64,000 nt of DNA from Hamiltosporidium tvaerminnensis FI-OER-3-3 (lineage: Eukaryota; Fungi; Microsporidia), in assembly GCA_022605425.2 (NCBI GenBank), contig JAKIMF020000001.1, positions 2,604,001 to 2,668,000 of the forward strand, read 5' to 3'. The translations under genes were made by a program, and so were the position numbers. How positions within the stretch are numbered: position 1 is the stretch's first letter; the number at the start of each line of letters is the position of its first letter. The notes below the pieces were generated by a model. The model saw only the letters and a list, made by a program, of their open reading frames with translations. It searched no databases and was not told where the DNA came from. This document shows, in pieces, positions 22,607-35,687 of this stretch.

Positions 22607-24589
22607 ATGGATTATTTAGTTCATTTTTATCGATTCTTTATGCATTTAGTTAATATTAATGCTTCTTTAGATCAAAAAAATGGAAAAAGAGTTCTTCCCG
22701 AAGAAATAACGATCTTGGAGATCAAACACCCCCGACATATCGAATCATTTATTTCAGAAAACCCAAAAATATGCCTCAAAAAATCCGAATCGTGCAAAAG
22801 AACAAAGACAGGCATAAAAACTTCCGAAAAAGAAGACGGTGATACTTTGAAAAAAATCACCAGAGAAAATCAAATGAACGATGTACATCATTCTGTTGAA
22901 TCAGTTATTAGTGAAGACATTCAATCACAAATTATACCCAAAGAAAAATCTCATGAAAACCCAGATATTACATCAAATTCACCTATTTCGAGCAATTATT
23001 TAAAAGTCGACTCCAAATCGCGATTTCAGAAAATAATAGCAAAGTATAATCCTCGCATGGGTTTGAAATCAAATGATTCCTTAGAAACACAACACACAGC
23101 CGACAAAGGTCATATAAAACCATATATTCCATGTAAAAATGGCAATAATACTATTTCTTCCAGCAATATATATTATCATGACAATATAACAAAAAAGGTT
23201 AATATTCCTGAAGATTTTCGTAGAAATAGAATAATTCCAACTGATCGAATATTTTATTCATCGCGAAAAAAACAAAGTGTTGTAGAAACCAAAAAAAAAC
23301 CAGCGGAACAAAAAGAACAAGAAAAAGAACAAAAAACGATATTAAATAAAATAAAACCGAACATTCGCAATGTTCAAAACGAACCTAAGTTTTTGGAACT
23401 TTTTAAATGCAACGTTGAATTAAAAGATCATGATAAGTCTATTACAACCATAAAAGACGAACTAATCGACATATTATATCCAGAAAAATCCGAAAAAGTA
23501 GTGAATATACAGTGTATAGATGAATGTTTTAATGTGAAAAATTATCTATTTTATGATGCAAAGAATAAAACCCTTGATTTTACCCTTGAAACTTTTAAAG
23601 AAAATTATGATTTCAATAAAATATTAGAGGTTGGTAAAAATCTTGTCGAAATAGAGATTTTATCGTATTCTAAATTCGATGCAGTCGGCATCGCTGAAAC
23701 GATTAAACCAATAAAATACTCTGAAATTATTTCTGAAGTAAAAAAAAGTCAACTTAATATAATTTGTGTGGAATTAAACTATATTTATGAAAAATGTGGA
23801 AATTTTACTGAAACTTCTATAAAGAAAGGCCGTGTAATATATATGCATTATATTTGGGTTGTTATAAAGTACTTAACAGATTTGCTTTTTGATGAAAAAT
23901 TATGTAGAAATGAACTACATTATATAAATACACTAAATATAATTACTTTTTTTATCAGAAAATTGCTCTTAGAATTACTAATTGGGTTCAATTTTGATCC
24001 ACAGAAGGTTGAGACATATAGAATATTGAATACAATTTCATATTATTCTGCAAATGCTCCAGATTATAAAAAGTATTTCAGTTGCAATCTTTTTACTATA
24101 ATGATGCGAGCTTCATTTAGATTTCTATTTGATTCGGTGTGCAAGATTGACTATAAATGGAATACAGATTTAATTATACAACTCATTACTAATTTACAAC
24201 GCCATCTAAGACCTACTAATAATAAAAGAGGAATTTATGAGTTTTTTCACAAAAATTTTCTTGTGAGGACATTCTTGGGAAAATATGATGAGATTTATAC
24301 TGAGTTGAGATCTGTTAAGAGTACGAATAAGAGTATCCTAAAGCTAATTAATGAAGCATCTGAAAAATCTAATAGTTCTAAAGTTGTTGAAGAAAACCCA
24401 GATGACATATTAATATGTTTTATAAAGTCTGAATTCAAGATTATCTGGATAAATTGTAAAATCTATAGTTGCAAGTTTGCATTTTTAAAATTTAGACACA
24501 AGAAAAGCTATGAAAAGATCTTAAATGAAATTATACAACAGAAGAAAACCTATTCCCCTCCCGAAGACCCGAGTACAATGAGTATTTAA
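22607..24589 (+). CDS. Orphan, putatively secreted protein (660 aa): low-complexity N-half plus C-terminal domain shared with the 46.9-kb paralog
   Basis: Long ORF; CCCC at 22590-22593; short hydrophobic N-terminus ending in NAS; near gap-free similarity to 47870-48750. Confidence 0.88.
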   Translation: MDYLVHFYRFFMHLVNINASLDQKNGKRVLPEEITILEIKHPRHIESFISENPKICLKKSESCKRTKTGIKTSEKEDGDTLKKITRENQMNDVHHSVESVISEDIQSQIIPKEKSHENPDITSNSPISSNYLKVDSKSRFQKIIAKYNPRMGLKSNDSLETQHTADKGHIKPYIPCKNGNNTISSSNIYYHDNITKKVNIPEDFRRNRIIPTDRIFYSSRKKQSVVETKKKPAEQKEQEKEQKTILNKIKPNIRNVQNEPKFLELFKCNVELKDHDKSITTIKDELIDILYPEKSEKVVNIQCIDECFNVKNYLFYDAKNKTLDFTLETFKENYDFNKILEVGKNLVEIEILSYSKFDAVGIAETIKPIKYSEIISEVKKSQLNIICVELNYIYEKCGNFTETSIKKGRVIYMHYIWVVIKYLTDLLFDEKLCRNELHYINTLNIITFFIRKLLLELLIGFNFDPQKVETYRILNTISYYSANAPDYKKYFSCNLFTIMMRASFRFLFDSVCKIDYKWNTDLIIQLITNLQRHLRPTNNKRGIYEFFHKNFLVRTFLGKYDEIYTELRSVKSTNKSILKLINEASEKSNSSKVVEENPDDILICFIKSEFKIIWINCKIYSCKFAFLKFRHKKSYEKILNEIIQQKKTYSPPEDPSTMSI

Positions 24590-25149
24590 AATAAATTGAT
24601 AAATTTTTGCAAGTTCTAATATCGTTTTTTTCAATTCTCTATATTTTCTTAAAATAACGAAAAATCAAAATCTTTAAATCGATTATTAGGATATATTTGA
24701 TTTCTGTTAGATTATCTTCTGATTTTAACTTTTAATACTACTATATAACAATTTATTTATATTCGAGTAGACTTTTAAATTACATGAATCTTCGCCAAAG
24801 GTTTATATAATCTGAAATTTTAATTTGAGATGTTCCTTTTGTATTGGTAATTAAATATTTAAGCGCTATATATGCTTTATGAAGAGATTTTTAATGGTAT
24901 TTTGAATCTAATATAAGATTATGTCATGATTTTATCTGTGCTCATATTGTAAAATTTTTTCTTTTACTAAATTGCGGGTGCTTAGAATTTTTCAGTGTTC
25001 AGAAAAAGGTTTAGTTCCATTATTATCATTTCAGCTTTCTAGCTTAAATATTACGATATTTAGTTAAAAGAACATTTCACGTTATAATACAAGTAATAAT
25101 ATACGAATCTAATTGTAGAAACAAGTTGTCATTATTTATATATCCCATA

Positions 25150-25395
25150 TTCCTTGCGTTTGGGTTTCAGACTTCGGAATGTAATTTGTGAATGAATATT
25201 ATAAATCAATTCCTTCTCAAATGCAAACCTAATAGATCTCTTTTGCTTACTTACCTATTCTATTTCTCTTTACCTCTCAGTGTCGAGGATAAAAAAATTT
25301 AATTTCACCATTTCTTTCTTTTAATCTGTTGTAACTCAGGATTATAGAGAATTGGCATATAGATCCAGTGCGGTTTATATCCCAAAAAATGGCAA
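25150..25395 (-). mobile_element. Dispersed repeat copy homologous to 1498-1650
   Basis: Reverse complement gccattttttgggatataaaccgcactggatctatatgccaatt...ctcgacactgagaggtaaagagaaatagaataggtaagtaag aligns with 1498-1648. Confidence 0.65.
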
Positions 25396-27083
25396 AAATG
25401 GATTTCACACCGATTATAGGCACAAATTGTCCACCAGATGGTTTTAATAAGTTATTCTCTCTTCACTTCTCTTATTCTTATTCTTATTCCTTTCTTGTTA
25501 CATTCTCTATTATGCTTACATTTTTATACCAACAGAATAATGTAGTATTTAAGTAAAATAATTTCACTTTTCTTACATATATAGAAAGAAAAAGAGAAAT
25601 AGAAAAAAAATCATAAAACAGTCTAGAAACACTCTTATATCAATAAAATAGACTAACCAACGTATCAGATAATAAAGCCAAAATTAAAATGTATAAAGAA
25701 TTTATTAAAATAAAAAAAAACAAATTCGTCAAAAAATATTCTACAATATATTTCATACAAATTATTTTAACATAAAATATTGCTTGACAAGCATTTCAAT
25801 GGGTTTTACATTTGAAAATGAGGAAAAGATGAGAATAGTCTTGTTCTATTTAGAATTAATTATTGTGGTGTTTGATAAATATTAAAACCATTAAATCATT
25901 TCGCATACAGAAAATATGAAACTTTCTGTATATATTTCATTGATATTTGCTTTGATAGTGCAAGTTCAAAATTGATGGCTGTAACATAGTAGGGTCAATA
26001 CTTTAATTTAAACTTTCCTATGAAATGTGAGATCGATTTAAATTTTTGAATGAATTCATGTAAGACATAGAAACTTAATTCTAATTAAAAGTTACTTTTC
26101 TAATAAATTAGTCAAACAGTTTAGTATAAAAAAATAATTGCAAGTAATTGTAAATTTATAATTTGTTTTTTGTAATACAATATAACAGTTTGGTTTCTTA
26201 ATGAGAATATTATTCAAATTGAAGAAAAACAATCAAATTTAAGAAATTTTATATTTTTATAAATACTTGAGTGATATAAAAATCATTTGAAATATATTTA
26301 ACTACTTTGTAAAATCTCATTTGGTTAAAAAACTTTTCTAAACAAACAAAAATATCGAACCGGGATTTAAATATCAAAATGCTCTTCTTTTGTAAGATTT
26401 TAAAAATTTCCAAAATAGCTATCATTGTCTTTTTTAAGAAAATAAGTTACAAAGTCAAAATAAAAAGTCTACTCTCTTCTTCCTCTGTGTGTTTAATATA
26501 GCACTAGCGGAATATTATTTTACTTTGGACATCAATATAAGTCAAAAAAGCTAATGTAGCATTATATAATTTTTTAGAATAGCATGAGTTGCTTCTTTAT
26601 CATATAAAATAAAAATTTCATGTAGATAAAAGGAAATGATCTTGGAACAAAAGAAAAGAAGTCTTAGTGAATTTTCTTCAGTTCCTTGCAAATGAGACCT
26701 AAAAAAAATTTATAGTAAGAAAAATAGAATGTATGATAATATAGAAAATCAACTGCTTTTGATTCAGTACTAAATACAAATTATTCTTCGAAAAAGTTCA
26801 GTATTAAAAATCTTCGCAAAAAATGAAAGAAAATTAAAAATAAACAATCAAAAATAAATAGACTTTCTTATAAATAAATTTAAAACTTAAAATCTAAAAA
26901 ATATTCATAAAAATAAAAACCTAAAATTCTGAAACGAACGAAATAATATAAAATTTGCTATAAAATGTGAGCAAATTTATTGTAAAAGCACAATTTTGGC
27001 AAACCAAATCATAGTTTATGTGCTAACTTAGATTCCAAAGAACGTTCTTTAGATTTTTAAAAGTATATAAAGAAGAAAAAAAA

Positions 27084-27728
27084 ATGAAATTAATGAAAAA
27101 ATACAATTGTTGTTTTATAATACAAAGTTTAATATTTCTTATTCCGCTCAGCTATATACAATGTTCAAATTCATTCATGCGAAATCCTAACAATATTGCA
27201 GATATGTTTATGGTAAAAGAAAAACAAAGAAAATATGGTCCAGGTTTGGTGATACCAGTAGAAGAAGTCAATCCTAACCCTATAATATATCCATAAAAAT
27301 ACCGTGGAAACGGAAAATTTAATATGAATGACTATATACCAGCAATGAAAGTACAAATAATCATACAAAATTTGAGTCGACCAGAAGTATTTGAAGGAAA
27401 CAGCAAGGAGGAAAACGGTAAAGAAGAACCAAAAGAGGAAGATATTAAGCCGGAAGAAAAGGAAGAAATTAAAGATGAAAATAAAGACGAAAAAAAAGAC
27501 GAAGATAAAGTTGAAAATAAAGATGAAGATGAAGAAGATGAAGACAAGTCTGAAGAAAACGATAATAAAAAAGAAGAAGACAAGGAAGAGAACAAAGAGA
27601 TTCTCACTAGCGATGAAAAGACCCTTAATCCTGCTACAGAAGATAACCAGATAAAAGATCTGAACACCAAAAACCAAGATGACCTTCCTGCAGCTGATCA
27701 AAGCAAGGAATCAGCTACTTCAAAGTAA
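27084..27728 (+). pseudogene. Signal-peptide protein with E/D/K-rich tail, interrupted by one in-frame TAA (27294-27296)
   Basis: ORFs 27084-27296 and 27324-27728 share a frame and are joined by 9 sense codons (NPIIYP*KYRGNGKFNMNDY). TATA-like tatataaa lies ~20 nt upstream. Confidence 0.7.
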
Positions 27729-30384
27729 AGTGTGAAAAAATTAAACCTTGTATACGAATACTGGTTAGAAATTGATAAAAATAAAGATATTACAAATGTA
27801 TGAATTGTTCTATTTTAAATTAATTTGCAGGAAAGCCACGGATTGAAATTTTTTTTCTTGTTTTGTAAATTATTTAATTTCAATATTTTTTTAAAAACTA
27901 CATAGATTAAACTATGTGAAAAAAATAAATAAAATTATTGATTTTAATTGATATAAATACTTAATAAAGTCAATTCGTCTTTTTTGACTTATTTTTATGT
28001 ATACTTTACCAAATTATCTTCTTCCATATACAGATGCTATTTTTAAATTATATATTTGATCTTTGTTTACATTCGTTCTGAAATTAATATTTCAGCAATC
28101 GAATATTTGTTTGAAAATAGCCTTTTTTTTTACAGAAAAAGTTATTCCAAGGAACTAAAAATTACATGCATCTCTCGGTTTCCTCTATGCTCTCACTGAA
28201 GCTTCTCAGGTCTCATTAGAATAAAATATTGACTACTGGGTTTTTTTTCGAGTGAAATTAAAAGAACGTGCTCTTTATTCAAACTATTATTAATCGATCC
28301 TTGGCTTAATTATTAGTAATATTTGAACCTTACTAATATACATTTTTGTATTTGTAAAGTATATTTTCCATGTTATTCTACCAGAGAGATTACTATAGTA
28401 CCCCAAACATGTAATTAAAATTGGCTTGATTGTTTTTTCCATTAATAGAAAAAATTTATTAAATGCTAATTTTCGTATAAATTGTAAAAAATATTAAATA
28501 GTTTTTTGTGATTTGCAGCTTCCTATGTATTATTTATTTTTTCATTTATAAAAAAATAACTGAAATTATTCTATTTAATAGATAGAAAAATTTTATATCC
28601 CAAAATAATTCTTAATATTGATCCCTTTAAACGATTCTTTTTCTTCAATGATTATTTTCATTTAGAAATACTTCCGGATATTTATTATAATGAACAAATA
28701 CAGCAAAAAGAAATATATTTTTTACACAAATCCAATTTGTATCATTTAGAGTAAATCTGCTTAATTTCTGTAACTCTTTTTAATCGACTTGGCGATTTTC
28801 GACGCAATTATTTTTTCTTTTATTAATCATTTTTAAAGTTCTTGTATCCCAAGACATCAAAAAAGACACAAGATAGGCCATAATGCATTAAAGGGTTATA
28901 ACTCCCAATATATTCGTATTATCTGTGTATTCAAGGTATATTCAACGATAATTTTCTTAAATTTATTATAAAAGGTGTAAAATCATTTTTTGACCTAAAT
29001 AGTCTTAAAGAAAAGACTTTACAATTCGTAAAAAGTCATTTAGTTAAAGATAAAAACGTTTTTATTTAATCTTCGTTTACATTATACTCGATTTTCACAG
29101 GATAACAAAGGAACCCATATGAATTGCATTTATAGAAGTTAAAAACAAGATAATACTTGAAAAGACAAGACTAGTCACACTAAATTATAAGCAAAAAATT
29201 TTCTACATGCAATTTACTGATCCGAGACACTATAGTTTCTAACTTGAAAGTCTTCAGCCTGAACTGAATAATTTTATTGAGTTTCATACAGCAGTTGCTA
29301 GTGTGGTTGAAATAAGAAGGTATACTGCAACACGAGATACAAGTAGGGTTTTTACTTGATTAGAAATACTCGCATGAGGATTTTAATGATTTTGAGTCAT
29401 GAAGCGAAAATATGCCTTTGCATCTTTATGATTGTTCTAAAATAAAAAAATAAATATCAAGCTGCAAATCAGAATTTTTGAAAATTAAAAAATACCGAAT
29501 TACACCAATATTTAAATTCTAATTATGGTATATCGTATTAAAATAAATCATCAGAGAAATTTTAAATAAAACAACTCTAAGAAAATTCATATGATGCAGC
29601 AAAAAATATATATTTCTATACCGAGTTTTACGGCATAAAGTGTGATTTTAACTGTTTAAACCTTATTTTTGGTTAAGAAACGAAAGCTAAAGCCACGATT
29701 AGTAAAGTTTTATTAGTGTAAAAATTCCGGGAAATTGATTTTAATGCCCAAACTAGGTTTCATTCAAGATCAGAATTACCTATTATGGCTTCGTAATACA
29801 ATAAATCAGTGTATAAACTATACCTTCACCTAGAAAATAAATATAATCTAATTTCTTCTTCACCAAATTATCATTCATCCAATAAATTCTTTATAAAATG
29901 CACGAATTGTTAGAAGGTACTTAGAGAATATAAGTAATTTTATATTCGAAATAAAAAATCAAATATTTCTATTTTACAACATATTAAATAATAGTTCACT
30001 AAATTTAATTGTAATCTCTTCACCAATTCGCTTCAACCTTGGTTATGACCTATGGTTTTCATAGGCTAAAACTAAAGGGTTACGTTATTTGTTAGTTAGA
30101 GCCAAGGAAATCTCATATACGTAATAGTCTATAAAGTATTTCCACTTTAAGTACCATTAAAATATCACAATAACCTACAAATTCTCGACTATCAAGTTTA
30201 ATGATCTCTAAGGTTCATAAGACAGCTGAACGAACTTCTTCCAATTGATAACATAAACTTGATTCAGAACCAAATGCTATTAGAAATCGAAAGCCCACTG
30301 CCGTTAACATTCAGGAAGCGGAATGGCGTCATAACTTATTCTAATTCTTACACTATATATTGGGAACAAAGAAAGTAATAAGCA

Positions 30385-30683
30385 GATGGTTATATTAAAA
30401 TACCACTGATACGGAATGATATAGCTGCTGACAAAAATCTGATAAAAAAGAAAAAAAACAAATAGGATATATAGAGGAGAATAACTCCGCAACTATACGA
30501 TTAATACTGCTACGCTGATCGCCAAGCTCAAATAAAAGAGTAGGATTTTGCATAAGGAAAACACTCCAATCGCATAAAACAATTATTTTACGAAACCAAA
30601 ACTAAATAATATAGATTAGAAAACTCGTTAAGGAAGACAGGGCTCTTTAAGAACCGTAGCGCCAATTAGTAGTATTAGTAGTA
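30385..30683 (+). mobile_element. Second, more decayed RTE-clade 3' remnant
   Basis: Patched peptide YG...LLTK..RIY...RKLVKEDRAL*EP*RQ, followed by a tagtagtattagtagta microsatellite tail. Confidence 0.6.
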
Positions 30684-31869
30684 AAGAGAAGAAGTGTTAA
30701 ATAAGCAGATAATCTTTAAAAAAAATAATAGCTCTCAAAACAGAATTCAAATGCAATCAATTAAATCATATCATAATTCAAATAAGATATTTAAATACAG
30801 CAATCAGTAAACAAATCGAATCGAAATTAATAGAAACTGTATTAGTTTGCATAAAATTTTTGGTTAGTTTAAATCATTCTAGGTCAAAGTTCGATCTATA
30901 ATTAAAATTAAAATTTGATGTTTTATTAAAAAACCCATCATTTTGGGTTTTTTTCGGAATAAGAATTTTTTTTATTTTCTTTAATTTCAAATTTCTATTT
31001 AAAATCCGCAACAAATATCACTTATCTATTTCCCCAATGCATTTCATATTGTTTTGCTCATTCTCATTCGAGGCTTTTTGAAATTGAAAATTTTGTCGAC
31101 TGCCAACTATTAGTCTTTTCTATAAGCTGACTAAAAAAATCTTTTATTTAATAATATTGTAAATTTTTAAAGTCTAATATTAAATTTAAGCCATAATATT
31201 ATCGAAAATATATCCCTTAATAGCAGAATAAACGATAATTAAATCCAATATAACTAACCATGGTCCAATATTCAAATTTTGCTTGTTTATTTGTTCAAAT
31301 ACCGGAAAAAAGTCTAATAAGCAGTTCCGTCATCAATAACCTGTATCATATATCTATATCAAAATAAAAATTAGATAACATCCTACTGTAAAAAATCTAC
31401 TTTTATTATAAATCCTATCTTTTCCTGAAAAAATTTACTAAGAAATTCTTTTAAAATTTTGATTTAACCTTATTGATTCATTCATCCTTGAAACCAAAGG
31501 CCCATGCGAAGCTTGGTCTCCCTTGGTAATATCGCCTATCGGTCTTTTTCTGTTGGGTTTGTTTACTTTTTTGTCTTTTGTAATAAGGTGGTTTTAAAGA
31601 GTGCGTTGTTAGCTCCAGACCCAAACAACACTCTGGACGACCACTGCTTTTTAGCCGTCTCTTACACAAGCAAAGAATTCTAAAACCAAATTTGCTTCCG
31701 ACATGATGGAGAAATTTATCACCGATAGTTCAATTTATTTTTTAAGATTATTGTTGAAAAAACGTCATATATGAAGGAACTGCAAAAACCCTAGAAAAAA
31801 TAAGATAAGGCAATAAAATAAACCAAAAAAAATTAATATTTTATAATTCATTTCTCAAATGAATTTACT

Positions 31870-32720
31870 TTGTTTGTCTTATATTTAAAATAAAAATTTT
31901 TAAAAAAGCAGAAGGTGGGTTTCAAGAGAGCAAACGCCTAAGAAAATAGTAGACCATATAGCATAGAGGCACAAAAAACCCGGTCATGCTATACTAGACT
32001 ACACAGAAAGTATATTACGCATACGTTTACTCTTACTTAACAGATAAAAATTTAAAAAAAAAACGAATTAGAAGTCTCACGGTTCAAAAAAATATTGAAA
32101 ATGAGTATGAAAGATAAAAGTAGACACCCGAATAACAGTTTATGTCGAAATTCAGAATAATAAGCCAGGATATTTATTCGGAAGAAGTGTTAGAATAAAT
32201 AAACTTTTTCAAATATGAATTATTGACGAAAATTCGTTTAATTAGATTAAAAAAAGAAGCCTAGGGCGTTTGATTCAAGTCGATGAATTAGTCTTATTTA
32301 TAATTGTTTTTTTGGAGAATATGCCAATTTTTGATGCGAGAGAGTATGGTACCGAAAACCATAAGAAGCAGCTTAAAATGCGACAAATACCCATGCACAA
32401 TAAGACATACATCCTTTCGATAGTACTAAAGTTGACAATTATAAGGCATTCTTTTGATTGCAAAGAGTATTTATGTTATAAAAAAATGCGAAAAGAACTG
32501 AGATAGAAGGCCGAATGTGTGAGTTAAAGAGCCAAGGTGCATAAACAACCCAAAACCCATTTATAGCAAGTAAATAAACAGGATTATGGTGTTAAACAAG
32601 TAAATAAAAATATATTATCTCTTATTTTAGAAGAAGTAAACGCAGCTTGAAATTGAACATTAATGTAAATGAAGAGTCTGATTTGAAGGAATCCGATGAA
32701 GCAATAATTGGAAAAGATAA
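31870..32720 (+). mobile_element. Decayed CCHC-RLE-3' copy of the R4/Dong-like family
   Basis: gcagaaggtgg..gtagaccatatagca..ggtcatg.tatactagac, aatgagtatg..gataaaagtagacacccgaat and aaatacccatg..catacat..tcgatagtact are collinear with 39350-40190. Confidence 0.82.
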
Positions 32721-33971
32721 AATCTATAAACTCTGCTCAAATAAACTAATTACTACATAGAGGACTTTAAAATATAATTTCAAACCCAAAGAGTTTGTTC
32801 AAAGGTGTAGATAAACCATAAAACAATATTGAATTAAATTTCTACGCAAGAACACAACAAAGAATATAGAGAAATTTTCACCTCGTCATACGTTGAAATT
32901 CAATTGAAACCAATTACTACCAAGAAAAAAATACAAATTATAGCTATTTAATCCAAGTATTATTTTGTAAAGAACATAGGTTCTTAAATATAAATACATC
33001 TATCAAGATTTCCCTATTCCTACTGTTTAATAATACAAGTTTTACATGATTTATAACCTATATTAATTTTTTTAACGGTGTTTTGTATCTATTAGCAAAT
33101 ATAATAATATCGCGTTTAACCATACTAACCCTAACCCTATCTAAAATTTTGTTTATACACACAAGAAATTTATATAATAAAAAATAAACTATTTAAAAAA
33201 CAAGATTTGAAAGTAAAAAAAAAGTAAAGGAATGATAAATTATATAATAAAAAGCTTTTTAAATCTGTATTATTAACGCTGATTTTTTTATAGTAATAGA
33301 AAAAATCAAAAATATTTGGTAAATTATATGAAAATAATATTTAATAAGTATAAAAATCATATGTAGGATCACGGTTGTAATTAGTGAAGAGATATTTTAC
33401 AAATTAACACAAAATTTTTGGATTTAAAAAACTATCAAAAAATATACTAAATATTTCTATTTATTCAGAATATTATAAATATAAATTGATGACTTTTAAA
33501 TTATGTTTATTCCTTTAAATACTACTAAATAATATTAACATTGATTGAAAAACAAAGACATTTCATATTGAGTTAAAATTCTAAAGAAGGAACTAAGTAT
33601 TGATAAAAATTCTAATATTTATTAAATATAATTATTTTAATAAACTTTGAATATTTTATTAAATAAAAGATTGCAGATATTTTTAAGTGCAATCAGCAAT
33701 GCCGAACACTCACTATTGGAAAGTGTAAAATCACAGGCATACTGATATCGAAAAGCAAAAATAATTTAATATTTAAAACAATTTCAGAAATATATTTTTT
33801 GAGGTAAAAATAACACTTAAGTAAACAATTTATTAATTTCTTATACATTGTAAGTTATGTAAATATATTTTTTGCCTTATAAAATTAGAATTTATTAAAG
33901 CGAATTTCGAAGTTTTTATTTTAGAATCACAATAATGCAAGAAATTAGAAAAAAATTCAAATAAAAAATCT

Positions 33972-35687
33972 TTATTTACCTTTTTTGTAAATATACCAAT
34001 ATACGCCCAAAATAACACCACCAATAAAAACGATTGGGATTAAAACAAACAGCAAAAAATCTATAATACCGAATTCTTTTGACTCATTCTTGTTATCAGA
34101 AGTTTGGGCTTTGGTTACCGGAATTGTAAAAATCTTTTTTCTCTCTTCTGGGCTAAGCCTTGAAAATTCTTGACGAAAAACATCAAAAAAGATATTTTCT
34201 TCATTAACTAAAAGTTTCTCATCGAATTCTTGTTGGTTTTCGTTGCAATATTTTTCTAATCGTATGTTATAATCGTCTCTCCAAATGGAATTAGTAAATA
34301 ACTCTACATAAATAAAAGTTTTCAATATGCTGGATGTTCGAGGTAACAAAAAATGATTAAAAGTATTTAAGACCAAGTTTTTATCGTATTCTATGCGCTG
34401 TTCATCAAGATAATTTTTAATCACTGCTATAAAATGCACCCTATATGTATTTATAGCAGAAGCATTTTTATTTTCATTTTCAAATTCCATCTTCAAAACA
34501 TCTGCAAGAAATAAAATTTCAACAATGCTTCGGATCATTGTTTGTTTGCATGTTAGTATTTCTTTAAAACAAAATGCCTTCAAACAAAGTACTGCTGATA
34601 TGTATTCATGGTATTCTGTTTTAGAGATGTTTTTCAAAAAAACGTATAAAGCATTTATATAGTTGATCTCTTTTCTTTCTACAATATATTCAATAAATTC
34701 TAAAGAGCTGTTTGAATCCCCTGCTTCAATATTAGATAGATCATTCTTGCCACTGAATTCGTATATTTTTTCAAACCCGTCCTCATTCACTTTCAAAATT
34801 TTTCTGAAAATCGGCTCAGAAATATATTTCGTGATTTTTTTATAAGATTCGAAATCTATATTCTTAAAAGATTCATCTATATACGAGGTAGCATCCAGTG
34901 TAAATGCGGAAATTTCAATAGGGTTAATTATCTCTTTTTCGGTTAAAGATTTCAGTGTAAAGTATTCATTTTTTTTGCCCAAAAGAAACATACACTTTAG
35001 ACATAAGAAAAAACCGAATTGATATTCATGCGTTGCATTAATTAGACTTCTGCTAAATATGCAAGAAGAATATTCGTGGGAATTTAGGCACAACACAAGA
35101 TTCTCGAGCACAGCTATATCTATTTTATTATCTCGGTTTGAGCTATTTTCGATATTCGTACATATTTCAGGGTATTTTTCTTTTAATGAATCATAATTCT
35201 GTTTCCACCACTCATTGTAATTACAATTCTTTCCTTGTAATCTATATGTTGTGAGTTTTACAAGAATATCTTTAATATTTGATTTCATGTTTTTATCTTC
35301 TTTGCAAAATTCAAAAAATTTCTTAAAACGAATCAGATTAAACAAAAATTCTGGATTATATTTTTGTATATCGATTTCAGAATCAGGATTATATACAAAG
35401 TAACAAATCCAAGTTGTAAAATAAGCTAAGAATGTATCTGATTCATTGTTTGTATATTCTTGTATTTTTTTATAATAAAAGCTTGTGATTTTAACCAGTT
35501 TTTCTTTCCTTTCGTCTTCAATTTCGAATTCTAACTTATCAAAACATTTTTTAACTTGATCATCGGCTTTGAATTCATAAGATATTTCCAAATAATTGTC
35601 ATGTATAGATAGTGAATCTTCTGAATTAAGTGTATATTCAAATTCCGATGCATATATTATTTTACAAATAAAAATAAAAAAATTCAT
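33972..35687 (-). CDS. Orphan type-I membrane protein (571 aa)
   Basis: CCCC directly before the ATG; N-terminus MNFFIFICKIIYAS; single C-terminal TM FLLFVLIPIVFIGGVILGVYWYIY followed by KKGK. Confidence 0.88.
   Translation of the reverse strand: MNFFIFICKIIYASEFEYTLNSEDSLSIHDNYLEISYEFKADDQVKKCFDKLEFEIEDERKEKLVKITSFYYKKIQEYTNNESDTFLAYFTTWICYFVYNPDSEIDIQKYNPEFLFNLIRFKKFFEFCKEDKNMKSNIKDILVKLTTYRLQGKNCNYNEWWKQNYDSLKEKYPEICTNIENSSNRDNKIDIAVLENLVLCLNSHEYSSCIFSRSLINATHEYQFGFFLCLKCMFLLGKKNEYFTLKSLTEKEIINPIEISAFTLDATSYIDESFKNIDFESYKKITKYISEPIFRKILKVNEDGFEKIYEFSGKNDLSNIEAGDSNSSLEFIEYIVERKEINYINALYVFLKNISKTEYHEYISAVLCLKAFCFKEILTCKQTMIRSIVEILFLADVLKMEFENENKNASAINTYRVHFIAVIKNYLDEQRIEYDKNLVLNTFNHFLLPRTSSILKTFIYVELFTNSIWRDDYNIRLEKYCNENQQEFDEKLLVNEENIFFDVFRQEFSRLSPEERKKIFTIPVTKAQTSDNKNESKEFGIIDFLLFVLIPIVFIGGVILGVYWYIYKKGK

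Noticed and set aside
27171-27701. Overlapping hydrophobic, Ser-rich and Lys-rich ORFs
   Set aside because: Shadow frames of the GAA/GAT/AAA-rich acidic coding sequence.
31478-31669. GC-richer 63-aa ORF with faint resemblance to the RT QGD motif
   Set aside because: The match is not convincing; probably TE debris but unassignable.
33125-33138. Telomere-like ctaaccctaaccct
   Set aside because: Only about two units and internal; compatible with chance.
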